Of a stretch of DNA of 64,000 bases, positions 19,638-29,375 are shown in pieces. The first letter of the stretch is position 1. The number at the start of each line of letters is the position of its first letter. Source of the stretch: Candidatus Doudnabacteria bacterium. Lineage in GTDB: Bacteria; Patescibacteriota; Doudnabacteria; UBA920. A program made the translations under genes and the position numbers. The stretch is taken from positions 5,904 through 69,903 of the forward strand of contig JBBREH010000002.1 of assembly GCA_038203095.1 (NCBI GenBank), written 5' to 3'. Under the pieces are notes generated by a model that saw only the letters and a program-made list of their open reading frames with translations, had not been told where the DNA came from and ran no database searches.

Positions 19638-19862
19638 GCAGGCGATACCGACACCACTCCTGAAAAAGGACAGGACGACCAGTCGGAGACTCCTACAGCC
19701 ACAACAAAATAACTATTAACCCCAAACGCACGCCACTTCACCCCTGGCGTGTGTTTGGTTAAGCTGTTAGCGCAATACGAAAAAATTCATGAAATTTTCA
19801 TTTTAGATAAATATACTTAAATTATTGAATTTTTAATTAATTGATTAAGCAATAATTTATTT

Positions 19863-20672
19863 ATGAACATACTTAATGGTATAGAGGTAAATAAAAGTCT
19901 AGCCAAACAGCTTTTTAATAAAGTCCCGGAAGTCACTCTATACTTCTGGATTATCAAAATCTTGTGTACTACTGTAGGCGAGACTTTTTCAGATGCTTTG
20001 GATACAAAATTTAATTTAGGCTTAACTAATCTAACTTATATTATGGGAGCTTTACTCATAATCACTCTATTCTTCCAGTTCAAAGCAAAAAAGTACGCAC
20101 CCGGCATTTACTGGCTGGCAGTTGTCTTAATAAGTGTAGTCGGCACATTAATCACCGATAATCTCACAGACAATTTAGGAATTTCCTTGATGACAACCAC
20201 CATTGTTTTCAGTATTGTGTTAGCCGTGGTCTTTGCGGTGTGGTATTCAGTGGAGAAAACATTATCCATAGAATCCATAGATACATGGGGACGCGAAGCT
20301 TTCTATTGGCTTGCCATATTATTTACTTTTGCTCTTGGCACTGCGGCCGGAGACCTTATTGCGGAAAGATTCAGTCTCGGTTATGTAATATCAACTGCTA
20401 TCTTTGTTGGAGCCATAGCCCTTGTCACTTTAGCAAGGTTCCGCTTTAAACTGAATGTGGTGCTCGCTTTTTGGATCGCTTATATTTTAACCCGTCCATT
20501 AGGGGCTTCTTTAGGGGATTTACTATCACAAGCTAAGAGTGATGGTGGCTTGGGTTTAGGTCCAACACTAACCAGTATAATTTTTCTTGTAGCAATATTA
20601 GCAATTGTTGTCTACCTTGGAATTACCAAAAAGGATGTAACCCCTACTGAAAAAGTATTAGCAAAACAATAG
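19863..20672 (+). CDS. Hypothetical polytopic membrane protein with internal duplication
   Basis: Two similar halves, each carrying a ...LGxxAGDLIAE/LGASLGDLLSQ-type segment. Confidence 0.4.
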   Translation: MNILNGIEVNKSLAKQLFNKVPEVTLYFWIIKILCTTVGETFSDALDTKFNLGLTNLTYIMGALLIITLFFQFKAKKYAPGIYWLAVVLISVVGTLITDNLTDNLGISLMTTTIVFSIVLAVVFAVWYSVEKTLSIESIDTWGREAFYWLAILFTFALGTAAGDLIAERFSLGYVISTAIFVGAIALVTLARFRFKLNVVLAFWIAYILTRPLGASLGDLLSQAKSDGGLGLGPTLTSIIFLVAILAIVVYLGITKKDVTPTEKVLAKQ

Positions 20673-20701
20673 CTTCCTGTAATGGGGCTCTGCCTTGAAG
20701 C

Positions 20702-21324
20702 ATGATAAATAAAACTATGAACTTACTGGATGCAGATACAATAATAAAAGCTGGGGGTTATGCTGCTATCTTTGGCATTCTCTTTGCAGAAACAGGTGTT
20801 CTTGTGGGGTTCTTTTTACCCGGAGATAGCTTATTGTTTACCGCAGGCTTTTTAGCTTCAGCCGGTTACTTGAACATTGTCATTTTAATATTAGTTTCGT
20901 TCTTCGCTGCAGTTTTAGGAGATACCTTTGGCTATGGTTTGGGTAAAAAGTATGGCCATAAGGTTTTTAGCCACAGCGGCTCGGTGCTTTTAAACCCAAA
21001 CAACATACTTAAGGCTGAAAAATTCTATGCAAAGCATGGCGGTAAAACCATAATTTTTGCAAGGCTTGTACCGCTTATTCGCACCCTCGCCCCAATACTA
21101 GCCGGAGTCGGAAAAATGAAGTAAAAAATTTTTTTGTGTATAATCTTGTCGGTGCGGTTTTATGGACAGTGGGCTTAAGTCTTATAGGATATCACCTAGG
21201 CAAAATTATTCCGAGCACTGACCACTATATTTTATCTATTGTGTTTGGGATAATAACTATATCAATCTTACCTTCTATTATTACGGTCATAACTGCAAAA
21301 ACAAGAAAAAAATCAAGAACCTAG
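20702..21324 (+). pseudogene. DedA/VTT-domain membrane protein disrupted by a 1-nt frameshift in an A6T7 homopolymer (21122-21136)
   Basis: ORF 20702..21124 ends ...LAGVGKMK* and 21136..21324 continues ...YNLVGAVLWTVGL in another frame. Adding one nucleotide at ~21122 restores the DedA consensus G-x-G-K-M-x-x-x-x-F-x-x-YN-x-x-GA-x-LW. Confidence 0.55.
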
Positions 21325-21332
21325 AACAAATT

Positions 21333-22505
21333 ATGGCTATCGACTTTAAAACTCCTACAATAAAAATAGAAACTACTTCGCACCGCTCTCCGTTAAAATT
21401 TATTTTAAAATGCTTAAAAATTATCGCTTTAATTTTGCTAGCGATTGGCATTGCCGGAATACTTTTTGTTAAATTTAACACATCAACGGCTGCGGAAATT
21501 ACCGATAAATACCTGCGCCCCATTTTTGGCGACAAGCAGATTATTTTTTTAGAAAAAGTATTCTTTAATCTGTCCGATAAAGTAACTAAAGTAGTTTATA
21601 AATTTAAAAAGCCTTTTGCACCCCAGTTTATAAATTCAGAGGCTAGTTCTTTTATACCCACATCCCTTAATTTAAAACCTATCCCTCTAAATCCCGCATT
21701 TACCCCTTTAAAAGGCGAGGGCTTATGGCATAGCATTCCACTCACCACTTTTCCTAATAAAGATGTAATGGCTTACACTTTTATTCGACCGGACTCAACC
21801 AGGTCTTTCGCCATCGTATCCTTAGTTAAAATAGATACTTCTGAACTTAGCATCGGAAGCGTTGCCGGGACAGTAGAGCCGGGGGGCAAAGTCGGCAAAT
21901 ACGGTACTGGTCGGGTGCCTAAAAGCATTGTACAAAGCGGTAAGCTCGTCGGAGCGTTTGATGGAGGCTTCCAATATAGAGACGGCGCCTACGGGATGAT
22001 AGTCGGCAGCACTACTTATTTGCCATTAAAAAATGATTTAGGAACGGTTGTTGGCTATAAAGATGGCAGTGTCAAAATTTTTAATTTTACAAACCAAGAT
22101 TTAGCTACTAGCACTGTCGTATTTGTACGTCAAAATGGACCAATGTTAATTGAAAATGGCAATATTACTGTAACTAACCCCTACAACCAAAAGGTATGGG
22201 GCAGAATTGTTGGAACGGATACTTTTACATGGCGCTCCGGAATTGGAGTAACACAAAACGGAGAATTAGTTTTTGCTGCCGGAAATAATTTAAGCCCGGT
22301 AACTTTAGCTCAAGCACTAAGCGTAGCCGGGGCTATAAATGCAATCCAGCTTGATATTAACCCTCACTGGGTACGCTTTAATATTTTTAACTCCACAGGT
22401 TCAGGCCAATATAATTCCGCACCACTCAATAAGGATATGCAGGACGGGTCAAAAGAATATTTAACCGGCTATCAAAAAGATTTTTTTTACATTTACAAGA
22501 AATAA
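21333..22505 (+). CDS. Hypothetical secreted/membrane-anchored protein, possibly phosphodiester glycosidase (DUF2233)-like
   Basis: N-terminal TM; C-terminal ...AINAIQLDINP... is loosely reminiscent of the LDGGGS region of NAGPA-type domains. Weak. Confidence 0.35.
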   Translation: MAIDFKTPTIKIETTSHRSPLKFILKCLKIIALILLAIGIAGILFVKFNTSTAAEITDKYLRPIFGDKQIIFLEKVFFNLSDKVTKVVYKFKKPFAPQFINSEASSFIPTSLNLKPIPLNPAFTPLKGEGLWHSIPLTTFPNKDVMAYTFIRPDSTRSFAIVSLVKIDTSELSIGSVAGTVEPGGKVGKYGTGRVPKSIVQSGKLVGAFDGGFQYRDGAYGMIVGSTTYLPLKNDLGTVVGYKDGSVKIFNFTNQDLATSTVVFVRQNGPMLIENGNITVTNPYNQKVWGRIVGTDTFTWRSGIGVTQNGELVFAAGNNLSPVTLAQALSVAGAINAIQLDINPHWVRFNIFNSTGSGQYNSAPLNKDMQDGSKEYLTGYQKDFFYIYKK

Positions 22506-22828
22506 GGGTACTTGCATAAACCCATGAGGACTTATGAAACTGTTGCCAAATGGCAGTTTGGCTAAGCTAAGTAAAAATTGGAGAGCTATTTGGCGTAGAC
22601 AGAACTGTTATAACTAAGCACACTCAAAGCATCTACATGGGTAAAGAACTAAGGAAGAAGACAACTTGTGCAAAATTTGCACAAGTTCAAAAAAAAAGGG
22701 GGTCAAATTTTTTCATTTGACATTTTGTAAATAAAGCAAAAAAGAAGTCAAGTTGACCAAAAAGCTAAACCTATGCTCTTTAAAGAAATATAATCAACTA
22801 AGCTTAAGAGATATTGGACAAAGAATTA

Positions 22829-23020
22829 ATGGCTTACACCACATCACAGTTTCGCATAAAATTAATAGGCTATAGACTCCTAAATAAAGCAGAATTTGGT
22901 TTTTCATTTTGGACGCCTAAGATCTTAGACCTCACTGCGCCAAAAGAAAATAATATAAAAAAGATTTTACAAAAATTGGTTTTCTATTCAGCGGTTAAAA
23001 TCACAAAAGGCAAGACATGA
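22829..23020 (+). CDS. Small basic hypothetical ORF (63 aa from ATG), 4-nt ATGA overlap with next ORF
   Basis: ORF only. Preceded by several perfect palindromes (22668-22692 AACTTGTGCAAA-a-TTTGCACAAGTT; GTCAAAT-n6-ATTTGAC). Confidence 0.25.
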   Translation: MAYTTSQFRIKLIGYRLLNKAEFGFSFWTPKILDLTAPKENNIKKILQKLVFYSAVKITKGKT

Positions 23021-23226
23021 CCCCCTTACTTTTACTGTTTAAGCGTTTCTTATGGCAGCTTGCCGAAAGACACCCAGAACTAATGACAGCAGAACTAATT
23101 GCGGAACTTTGCTCACCGGAGTACGAGCATCCAGTTACAAATCTTCAACATGTAGAATACATTACAAGCTGGGCTAAAAGGCATCGAATCCCTTTTGATA
23201 TTGCGTGTGTAATTGCAACAGAATAA
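23017..23226 (+). CDS. Small acidic hypothetical ORF (69 aa), translationally coupled to the previous one
   Basis: ATGA overlap; hydrophilic, composition looks protein-like; no family recognised. Confidence 0.3.
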   Translation: MTPLLLLFKRFLWQLAERHPELMTAELIAELCSPEYEHPVTNLQHVEYITSWAKRHRIPFDIACVIATE

Positions 23227-23321
23227 AAATATTTCGATGTATTGTTATAAAATTATAACTACGAATTCGGAAAACGAAAAGAATGTTAGAGTTGCAAAAG
23301 TTGGCAACAAATACTATAAAT

Positions 23322-23481
23322 AGGACTTACGCTTTTGAGCCAATTTCGAGGAATTTTGTGAGGATGTTTGGAAACGTAGCCAGCTACGGCGACAAATACC
23401 GCAGCAAAATAACGAAGAAATTGGCCAAAGCTGCTTTGAACCGGCGGAGCCGGATTCAAAAGCGGCAAGAGCGTAAGTCCT
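23322..23481 (+). repeat. Family A element copy 1 (~160 nt, TIR AGGACTTACGC/GCGTAAGTCCT)
   Basis: About 80% identical over the 5' 110 nt to 42352..42513, with different 3' hairpins. The ORF 23283..23483 over it is spurious. Confidence 0.7.
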
Positions 23482-23557
23482 AACGTCAATATTTTGGAAT
23501 GTGTTTTTATTTTTGCTGATGTTGAGCTAACCTGAGACGAATGATATAATTACCATT

Positions 23558-24127
23558 ATGCAATATTTTAGAACTTCTGAAACAGATGAAGCGCTTGTAA
23601 TAAAATATTTGGCGGGGGATACCCAAGCTTTGGACGAATTGGTTTTGCGAAATTATAAACAAATTTTCTTTTTTTCCAAGACTTTTGTAAAAAATGACGA
23701 CGCGGCAGAAGATGCCACGCAGGAAACATTTGTAAAGGTTTGGAAAAATTTAAAGAAGTTTGATCCGCAAAAAAAATTCAAAACCTGGCTTTTTCAAATT
23801 GCCAAAAATACCTGTATTGACCATATTAGAAAAACCAAAACTGCGCCTTCTGCCCGGGAAATTGATGCCGAACAGGCCTTAAACGAATTAGAAAAAATTG
23901 TTGACCCTACTCCCTTACCTGAGCAAATTTTTGACGCTTTGGGATTTGAAAAGAATCTTGAACACGCTTTAAACATTTTACCGGAGAATTATAAACTCGT
24001 AGCAACCCTGCATTTGCAGCAAAGCCTGACATTTGATGAAATTGCCGGGATTTTAAAAGAGCCTATTAATACGGTTAAAAGCCGTTACCGCAGGGCGCTG
24101 CTATTAATAAGAAAAAAATTAAACTAA
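23558..24127 (+). CDS. RNA polymerase sigma factor, ECF (sigma-70 regions 2 and 4)
   Basis: ETFVKVWKNLKKFDPQKKFKTWLFQIAKNTCIDHIRK (region 2) and LPENYKLVATLHLQQSLTFDEIAGILKEPINTVKSRYRRAL (region 4). Confidence 0.8.
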   Translation: MQYFRTSETDEALVIKYLAGDTQALDELVLRNYKQIFFFSKTFVKNDDAAEDATQETFVKVWKNLKKFDPQKKFKTWLFQIAKNTCIDHIRKTKTAPSAREIDAEQALNELEKIVDPTPLPEQIFDALGFEKNLEHALNILPENYKLVATLHLQQSLTFDEIAGILKEPINTVKSRYRRALLLIRKKLN

Positions 24128-24159
24128 CCCGAATTTTGTTTTTAAAGTTTATCCGGAAT

Positions 24160-24310
24160 CCTTTCAAAATATCCTCAGTCCGGACCATGCGCAATTTAGC
24201 CGGACTTAACCGGTGCGGGGCGTGGCTCTAAGCTCGAAGATTCCGGTAGGAGCGGATATTATCCGCCCGATTTGGAGGGAAGATGAGATCTCCCCCTACT
24301 CTGAATTGCG
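24160..24310. repeat. Intergenic GC-rich hairpin cluster downstream of the ECF sigma gene
   Basis: ccggaatc...gattccgg long-range helix, agtccgg-n14-ccggact, gcggata-tta-tccgc, ggaggga-n12-tccccct. Same style as the in-CDS GC-rich modules. Confidence 0.4.
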
Positions 24311-24535
24311 AAACTAAATAAATCCTGGTATTTTGAAATTACGATTAACATTATTTCCAGAAAATTTGCGTATGGCCCCTCAGTTTGCCCACGCGCCAAA
24401 ATTTGTGTAATTAAATAGGCTTGCTTGTAAATTGGATGACAATCTTCCTGCGACGATCAATACCCTGTAAAAAAGTGTTTGATTTATCAACCTGCACCAA
24501 AAACTAAGCAAAACTCGTACTATTAATGAAATATT

Positions 24536-25003
24536 ATGAAAATTCCCAACCAAAACAACCCAGACTCCCTGGAAAAAGCCATAACTAAACATTTTTCAAG
24601 CATTTCGATGTCAGGTTGTGACAGCGAGCTTTTTAATAAAATCATTAATAAAATCGAACTGGAAAAACAACTGGAAAAATTAATCCCAAAACTCTGGGCG
24701 GCTTTTGTCTTGTTTTTAATCGGAGTAGCGACTCTGATTTTGGCAGTAAATTTTGCTTCCTCCGCCTTTGCCCAAAGCCCGGCCGCCAAATACCTCTCCT
24801 TAATTTTTACGGATTTTAGGGCTGTATTGGACAACTGGCAAGACTATACTTTTTCAATTTTAGAAAGCCTACCTTTAAGTCAGGTCGCTGTTTTACTAAG
24901 CGGCCTTTTAGCCGGAACATTTATTTTCGATTTTGGCTTTAGCCAATTTAGCAATTTTAAGGCAATACTTAACATGAAAAATTATGGAACCCATCAACAA
25001 TAA
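24536..25003 (+). CDS. Hypothetical single-pass membrane protein downstream of ECF sigma (possible anti-sigma factor; speculative)
   Basis: Position after the sigma factor, one TM helix; no conserved anti-sigma motif seen. Confidence 0.3.
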   Translation: MKIPNQNNPDSLEKAITKHFSSISMSGCDSELFNKIINKIELEKQLEKLIPKLWAAFVLFLIGVATLILAVNFASSAFAQSPAAKYLSLIFTDFRAVLDNWQDYTFSILESLPLSQVAVLLSGLLAGTFIFDFGFSQFSNFKAILNMKNYGTHQQ

Positions 25004-25484
25004 CAACCCCGACTTAAGCACTCATAAACCGGCGCATCGGCTTTTTAAGTCAAAAACGTTTATTTGGACCACCGTTATTCTTGCCGAACTGATTTTGCTG
25101 ATTGCCGTTTTTGATTTGGGCATTCACGTGGCTTTACATAAAGCCCGTTATACTGACTCCTGGGCTCGGAACTACGGCAAGAATTTTGGCGACTCAAGAA
25201 TGTTCGGACGGCTTCCAACTGCCAGCCCTGAGCACGACGGCGATTTTATGCCGGCGCACGGCCTAGCAGGAACAATTATTAGCTTAGACAAAAATAATTT
25301 AACTTTAAAAAGCGTCGACAATGTGGAAAAGACCGTACTGGTTTCCGCATCAACAATCATTAGAATGAATTTTCAAAACTTACAAGCAGCGGACTTAAAG
25401 CCCGGACAGGAAGTTGTAATTATTGGCTCACCAAACGACAATGGTCAGATTGATGCAAAAATTATCAGAATTATCGCACAATAA
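24984..25484 (+). CDS. Membrane-anchored protein with C-terminal DUF5666-like beta domain
   Basis: C-terminal GTIISLDKNNLTLKS...GQEVVIIGSPNDNGQIDAKIIRI is paralogous to the C-terminus of 29635..30060. Confidence 0.4.
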   Translation: MEPINNNNPDLSTHKPAHRLFKSKTFIWTTVILAELILLIAVFDLGIHVALHKARYTDSWARNYGKNFGDSRMFGRLPTASPEHDGDFMPAHGLAGTIISLDKNNLTLKSVDNVEKTVLVSASTIIRMNFQNLQAADLKPGQEVVIIGSPNDNGQIDAKIIRIIAQ

Positions 25485-25486
25485 AA

Positions 25487-27208
25487 ATGCTTAATTTTTT
25501 TTTCTCGTTATATAAAAATAAAAAACACTTTTCAATATTAATGGCCTTGGTTCTGGTTGTCGGATATTTAACCTACCGACATTACTCAACTGTAGCCACG
25601 CCCACCCGCTATATTTTAGCAACCGCGACAAAACAAACCATTGTCACCAGCATTTCCGGCACCGGACAGGTTTCTCAGGACCATACCATAAACATTACCC
25701 CGGGTTCCGCAGGTAAACTTACCGCGGTCAGCGTAAAGCAAGGTGACAAAGTCAGAGCAGGGCAGGTGATTGCAGTTGTTGATGAAACCTCCGCTCTGCA
25801 GGCAATTAACCAAGCTAGAGCCTCTTTGGTCAGCGCCCAGGCCAACTACGACCAAATTTTAGCCGGCGCGACAAGCCAAGATATTAAACTTGCCCAATTG
25901 TCGGCGCAATCCGCTCAGGCCGCGGTGGACCAAGCTAACCAGAATTTGGAGACTGTAACCAAACAACAGGCACAAAATGTGGCCCTGGCACTAACAACCA
26001 TGCTTAACGCGGGGCTTCAGGCCGTGCCCGCTCCGTCTAACATTGGCAACGGCACCATTGCAGTAACCGGCACATATACAGGCAAAGAGCAGGGCGCTTA
26101 TACCATTACCGCCTATAACACCGGCGCCGGGATGCAGTTTGGCGTTAGTGGCTTGGAAACAGCCGGCAGCGCGATTAACAAAAACTCCGCGAGCCAGCTT
26201 GGGACAATGGGACTTTCTATCCAATTTTCCGGCAGTGTCTACAACAACGACAGCTGGACGATTAATATTCCCAACACCGCGGGATCGAGCTATAACAGCA
26301 GCTACGTTGCCTACCAAAACGCCTTAACTGCTCAAAGCTCGGCGCTGACTAACGCGCAAAATCAAATCACTAACACTAAAAATAACCTGGCCCAATCACA
26401 AATTAATTTAGAAATTAAACAACAGCCTCCAACTAACCAACAATTGGAAAATGCCAAAGCTAGCCTGACCTCTGCGCAATCCCAACTAACCAATGCTCAG
26501 TTGGCTTATGACAACAACATATTAAAAGCGCCGTTCGACGGCTTGGTTGCGGCTTTAAACAGTCAGGTTGGAGACCAGGTCTCCGCCTCAACCAATGTAG
26601 CTACGGTAATTAACAACCAATCCATTGCCGCCATCAGTTTAAATGAAGTAGATGTTGCTAAAATCCAGCTCAAACAACATGCCACAATGACTTTTGACGC
26701 TATTGATGGCTTAAGCATTACCGGAAAAGTCGCGCAAATTGACAACATCGGCATTGTCAGCCAGGGGGTTGTAAATTACAACGTCAAAGTGACTTTTGAT
26801 GTAGAAGACCCTCGCGTGAAACCCGGCATGAGCGTGGCCGTGGCAATTATTACCGCTACGGCAGTAGATGCCTTAAGCGTGCCAAGCTCTGCGATTAAGA
26901 CGCAAAATGGTAGAACTTACGTTCAGCTTTTAGATCCAGCGCAAACCCAAGCAACAGTCGGAATTACCGGAGTAATTGCGAAAACTCCGCCCAAGGAAGC
27001 CACAGTTCAAATTGGAATTAGCGACGGCACGAACACCCAAATTTTAAGCGGTTTGAACGAAGGCGACAGCGTAATCACCCAAACCATTAGCGCGACAAAA
27101 ACTTCCGCGGCTGCTTCTTCGTCGGTTTCTATCCCCGGCTTAGGCGGAGGTGGATTTGGCGGGGGAGGCGCAAGAACCGGCGGTGGTGGCGGCAGACCGG
27201 GTGGATAA
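25487..27208 (+). CDS. Efflux transporter periplasmic adaptor subunit (HlyD/MacA family) with long coiled-coil insert and Gly-rich tail
   Basis: N-terminal TM, biotinyl-lipoyl-like GQVSQDHTINITPGSAGKLTAVSVKQGDKVRAGQVIAVVD, long coiled coil, beta-barrel C-terminus; upstream of the ABC ATPase/permease pair. Confidence 0.7.
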   Translation: MLNFFFSLYKNKKHFSILMALVLVVGYLTYRHYSTVATPTRYILATATKQTIVTSISGTGQVSQDHTINITPGSAGKLTAVSVKQGDKVRAGQVIAVVDETSALQAINQARASLVSAQANYDQILAGATSQDIKLAQLSAQSAQAAVDQANQNLETVTKQQAQNVALALTTMLNAGLQAVPAPSNIGNGTIAVTGTYTGKEQGAYTITAYNTGAGMQFGVSGLETAGSAINKNSASQLGTMGLSIQFSGSVYNNDSWTINIPNTAGSSYNSSYVAYQNALTAQSSALTNAQNQITNTKNNLAQSQINLEIKQQPPTNQQLENAKASLTSAQSQLTNAQLAYDNNILKAPFDGLVAALNSQVGDQVSASTNVATVINNQSIAAISLNEVDVAKIQLKQHATMTFDAIDGLSITGKVAQIDNIGIVSQGVVNYNVKVTFDVEDPRVKPGMSVAVAIITATAVDALSVPSSAIKTQNGRTYVQLLDPAQTQATVGITGVIAKTPPKEATVQIGISDGTNTQILSGLNEGDSVITQTISATKTSAAASSSVSIPGLGGGGFGGGGARTGGGGGRPGG

Positions 27209-27297
27209 ATGTTATCGAAATTTTTGAAACTGATAACGAATACTGTCTAATTTCCAAACCACTGTTTTAAAATTTGAAATCTGAAATTTTTATTTTT

Positions 27298-28020
27298 ATG
27301 ATTGAATGCAAGGACATTTACAAATCATACTTTAACGGGGGAGTGGAAACCAAAGTTTTAAAAGACATTAGTTTTGCCATTAAAGATGGCGAATTCGTAG
27401 CCATTATGGGGCCTTCCGGCAGCGGTAAATCAACTTTAATGCATATTTTAGGCGCGCTAGATACCCCAACTTCGGGAACCTACCTTTTGGACGAGCACGA
27501 TCTTTCTAAAATGCCTGATGATGAGCTGGCTACAATCCGCAGAACAAAAATTGGTTTTGTTTTTCAAGCTTTTAATTTGCTGGCCCGTTCTACGGTAATA
27601 AGAAACGTCGCGCTACCCCTAGTTTACGCCAATGTTCCAAAAACAGAACGGGAAAAAATCGCGGCCAAAGCACTGCTCCAAACCGGCCTTGAAGAATCGC
27701 GTTTTCAAAATTTATCTAACCAGCTTTCCGGAGGCCAAATGCAACGCGTTGCTATTGCCAGGTCTCTGGTTAATAATCCCAGCCTGCTTTTAGCCGATGA
27801 ACCAACCGGAAATTTAGACACCAACACCGGCGAAATTGTACTGTCGACTTTTCAGGCCTTAAATAAACAAGGCCGCACTATTGTTTTAATTACTCACGAA
27901 ATGGACGTGGCTATGCACGCTAAAAGAATTATTTTAATCCGGGATGGGCAAATTTTGAGCGATAAAATTAATGAAAACCAGGTCATTGCAAATCCAAAGA
28001 AAGATATTGATGGAAATTAA
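27298..28020 (+). CDS. ABC transporter ATP-binding protein (MacB/LolD/FtsE-like)
   Basis: Walker [10 protein letters not shown], signature [13 protein letters not shown], Walker [13 protein letters not shown]. Confidence 0.85.
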   Translation: MIECKDIYKSYFNGGVETKVLKDISFAIKDGEFVAIMGPSGSGKSTLMHILGALDTPTSGTYLLDEHDLSKMPDDELATIRRTKIGFVFQAFNLLARSTVIRNVALPLVYANVPKTEREKIAAKALLQTGLEESRFQNLSNQLSGGQMQRVAIARSLVNNPSLLLADEPTGNLDTNTGEIVLSTFQALNKQGRTIVLITHEMDVAMHAKRIILIRDGQILSDKINENQVIANPKKDIDGN

Positions 28021-28099
28021 TTGAAATTGATGGAAATTCCAATATCCCAATATCTGTAAATATCTACCAATTCCCTTCCCGAATTATCAAAGAAAATTT

Positions 28100-29335
28100 A
28101 TGAAAACCTCCGATCTATTCGAAGAAAGTTACAGCGCTCTGACAGTCAACAAAGTCCGGACAACTTTAACTATGCTCGGAATTATTATTGGTATTGGGTC
28201 AGTTATTGCCATGGTGGCTATTGGACAAGGCGCGCAAGGGAGCATTGCCGCGCGAATTAATTCAATTGGCTCAAATTTAATTATAGTTACTCCCGGCGCC
28301 CAGCGAGGACCCGGAGTAACTATTAGTGCCGGCTTAGGATCTTCCCAAAGTCTGACAATAGCCGATGAATTAGCAATAAAAACTCAAGTTACCAACATTA
28401 CCGCAGTGGAACCGGAATTAAGTAAACGCTACCAAATTACGGCCAAGGGCACCAATACTAACACTAATGTCATAGGCACGGACAGCAGTTATCCCACGGT
28501 TAGAAATGTTTCAATGGATACAGGTTCCTTTATTAATGACCAACAAGTTACAGACGCAATGAAAGTTGCAGTAATTGGCCCCACGGTTCGCGATACCTTA
28601 TTTGGCATAGGCTCCGACGCCATCGGCCAAACCATCAAAATAAATTCCATGCAATTTAAAGTAGTTGGCGTTACAGCACCCAAAGGGGGCAGCGGCTTTG
28701 CCAACCAGGACAATATGGTTTTTATACCCATTTCTGTTTCAGCACGTTTTCTAGTCGGATCAAATGCCAAAGGAGAGCCTTATGTTAGCACCATTGCCAT
28801 ATCAGCAGATAACGCCGGCAATATGACCGCCGTACAAGACCAGGTTACCCAGCTTCTTATGGCGCGTCACAAGGTTGCCGATTCAGCTTCGGCAGATTTC
28901 ACTGTGCAAAACCAAGCAGATATTGTTTCCGCCGCTTCCGGCGTGGCCAGCACTTTTACAATATTACTGGCTTCGGTTGCGGCGATTTCGCTTTTGGTCG
29001 GCGGAATTGGGATTATGAATATGATGCTAACAACTGTAACAGAACGAACCAGAGAGATTGGCTTACGTAAAGCCATTGGCGCGACCCGGGCAGATATTAA
29101 TTTTCAATTTTTAACCGAAGCGATTATTTTAACTTTCACCGGCGGAATTTTAGGCATTATTTTTGGCTGGGGAACGTCATTGATTGCCAATAATTTTGGC
29201 ATTGCCAGCACAGTTACTGTGGCTTCAATAGTTTTAGCCTTTGGCGTTTCGGCCTTAATTGGCGTAGTCTTTGGCTATTACCCGGCACGGAGGGCTTCCA
29301 AGCTTAATCCGATTGAGGCATTACGGTATGAGTAA
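28100..29335 (+). CDS. ABC transporter permease, FtsX/MacB-type
   Basis: N-terminal TM, large periplasmic domain, C-terminal FtsX 3-TM bundle (LLVGGIGIMNMML...). Confidence 0.85.
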   Translation: MKTSDLFEESYSALTVNKVRTTLTMLGIIIGIGSVIAMVAIGQGAQGSIAARINSIGSNLIIVTPGAQRGPGVTISAGLGSSQSLTIADELAIKTQVTNITAVEPELSKRYQITAKGTNTNTNVIGTDSSYPTVRNVSMDTGSFINDQQVTDAMKVAVIGPTVRDTLFGIGSDAIGQTIKINSMQFKVVGVTAPKGGSGFANQDNMVFIPISVSARFLVGSNAKGEPYVSTIAISADNAGNMTAVQDQVTQLLMARHKVADSASADFTVQNQADIVSAASGVASTFTILLASVAAISLLVGGIGIMNMMLTTVTERTREIGLRKAIGATRADINFQFLTEAIILTFTGGILGIIFGWGTSLIANNFGIASTVTVASIVLAFGVSALIGVVFGYYPARRASKLNPIEALRYE

Positions 29336-29375
29336 CTCTACCGAATACGGAGAGGGCATACAGATATACGGACTG

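Noticed and set aside
23283-23483. 66-aa ORF
   Set aside because: It coincides exactly with Family A repeat copy 1, and the homologous copy 2 has no ORF.
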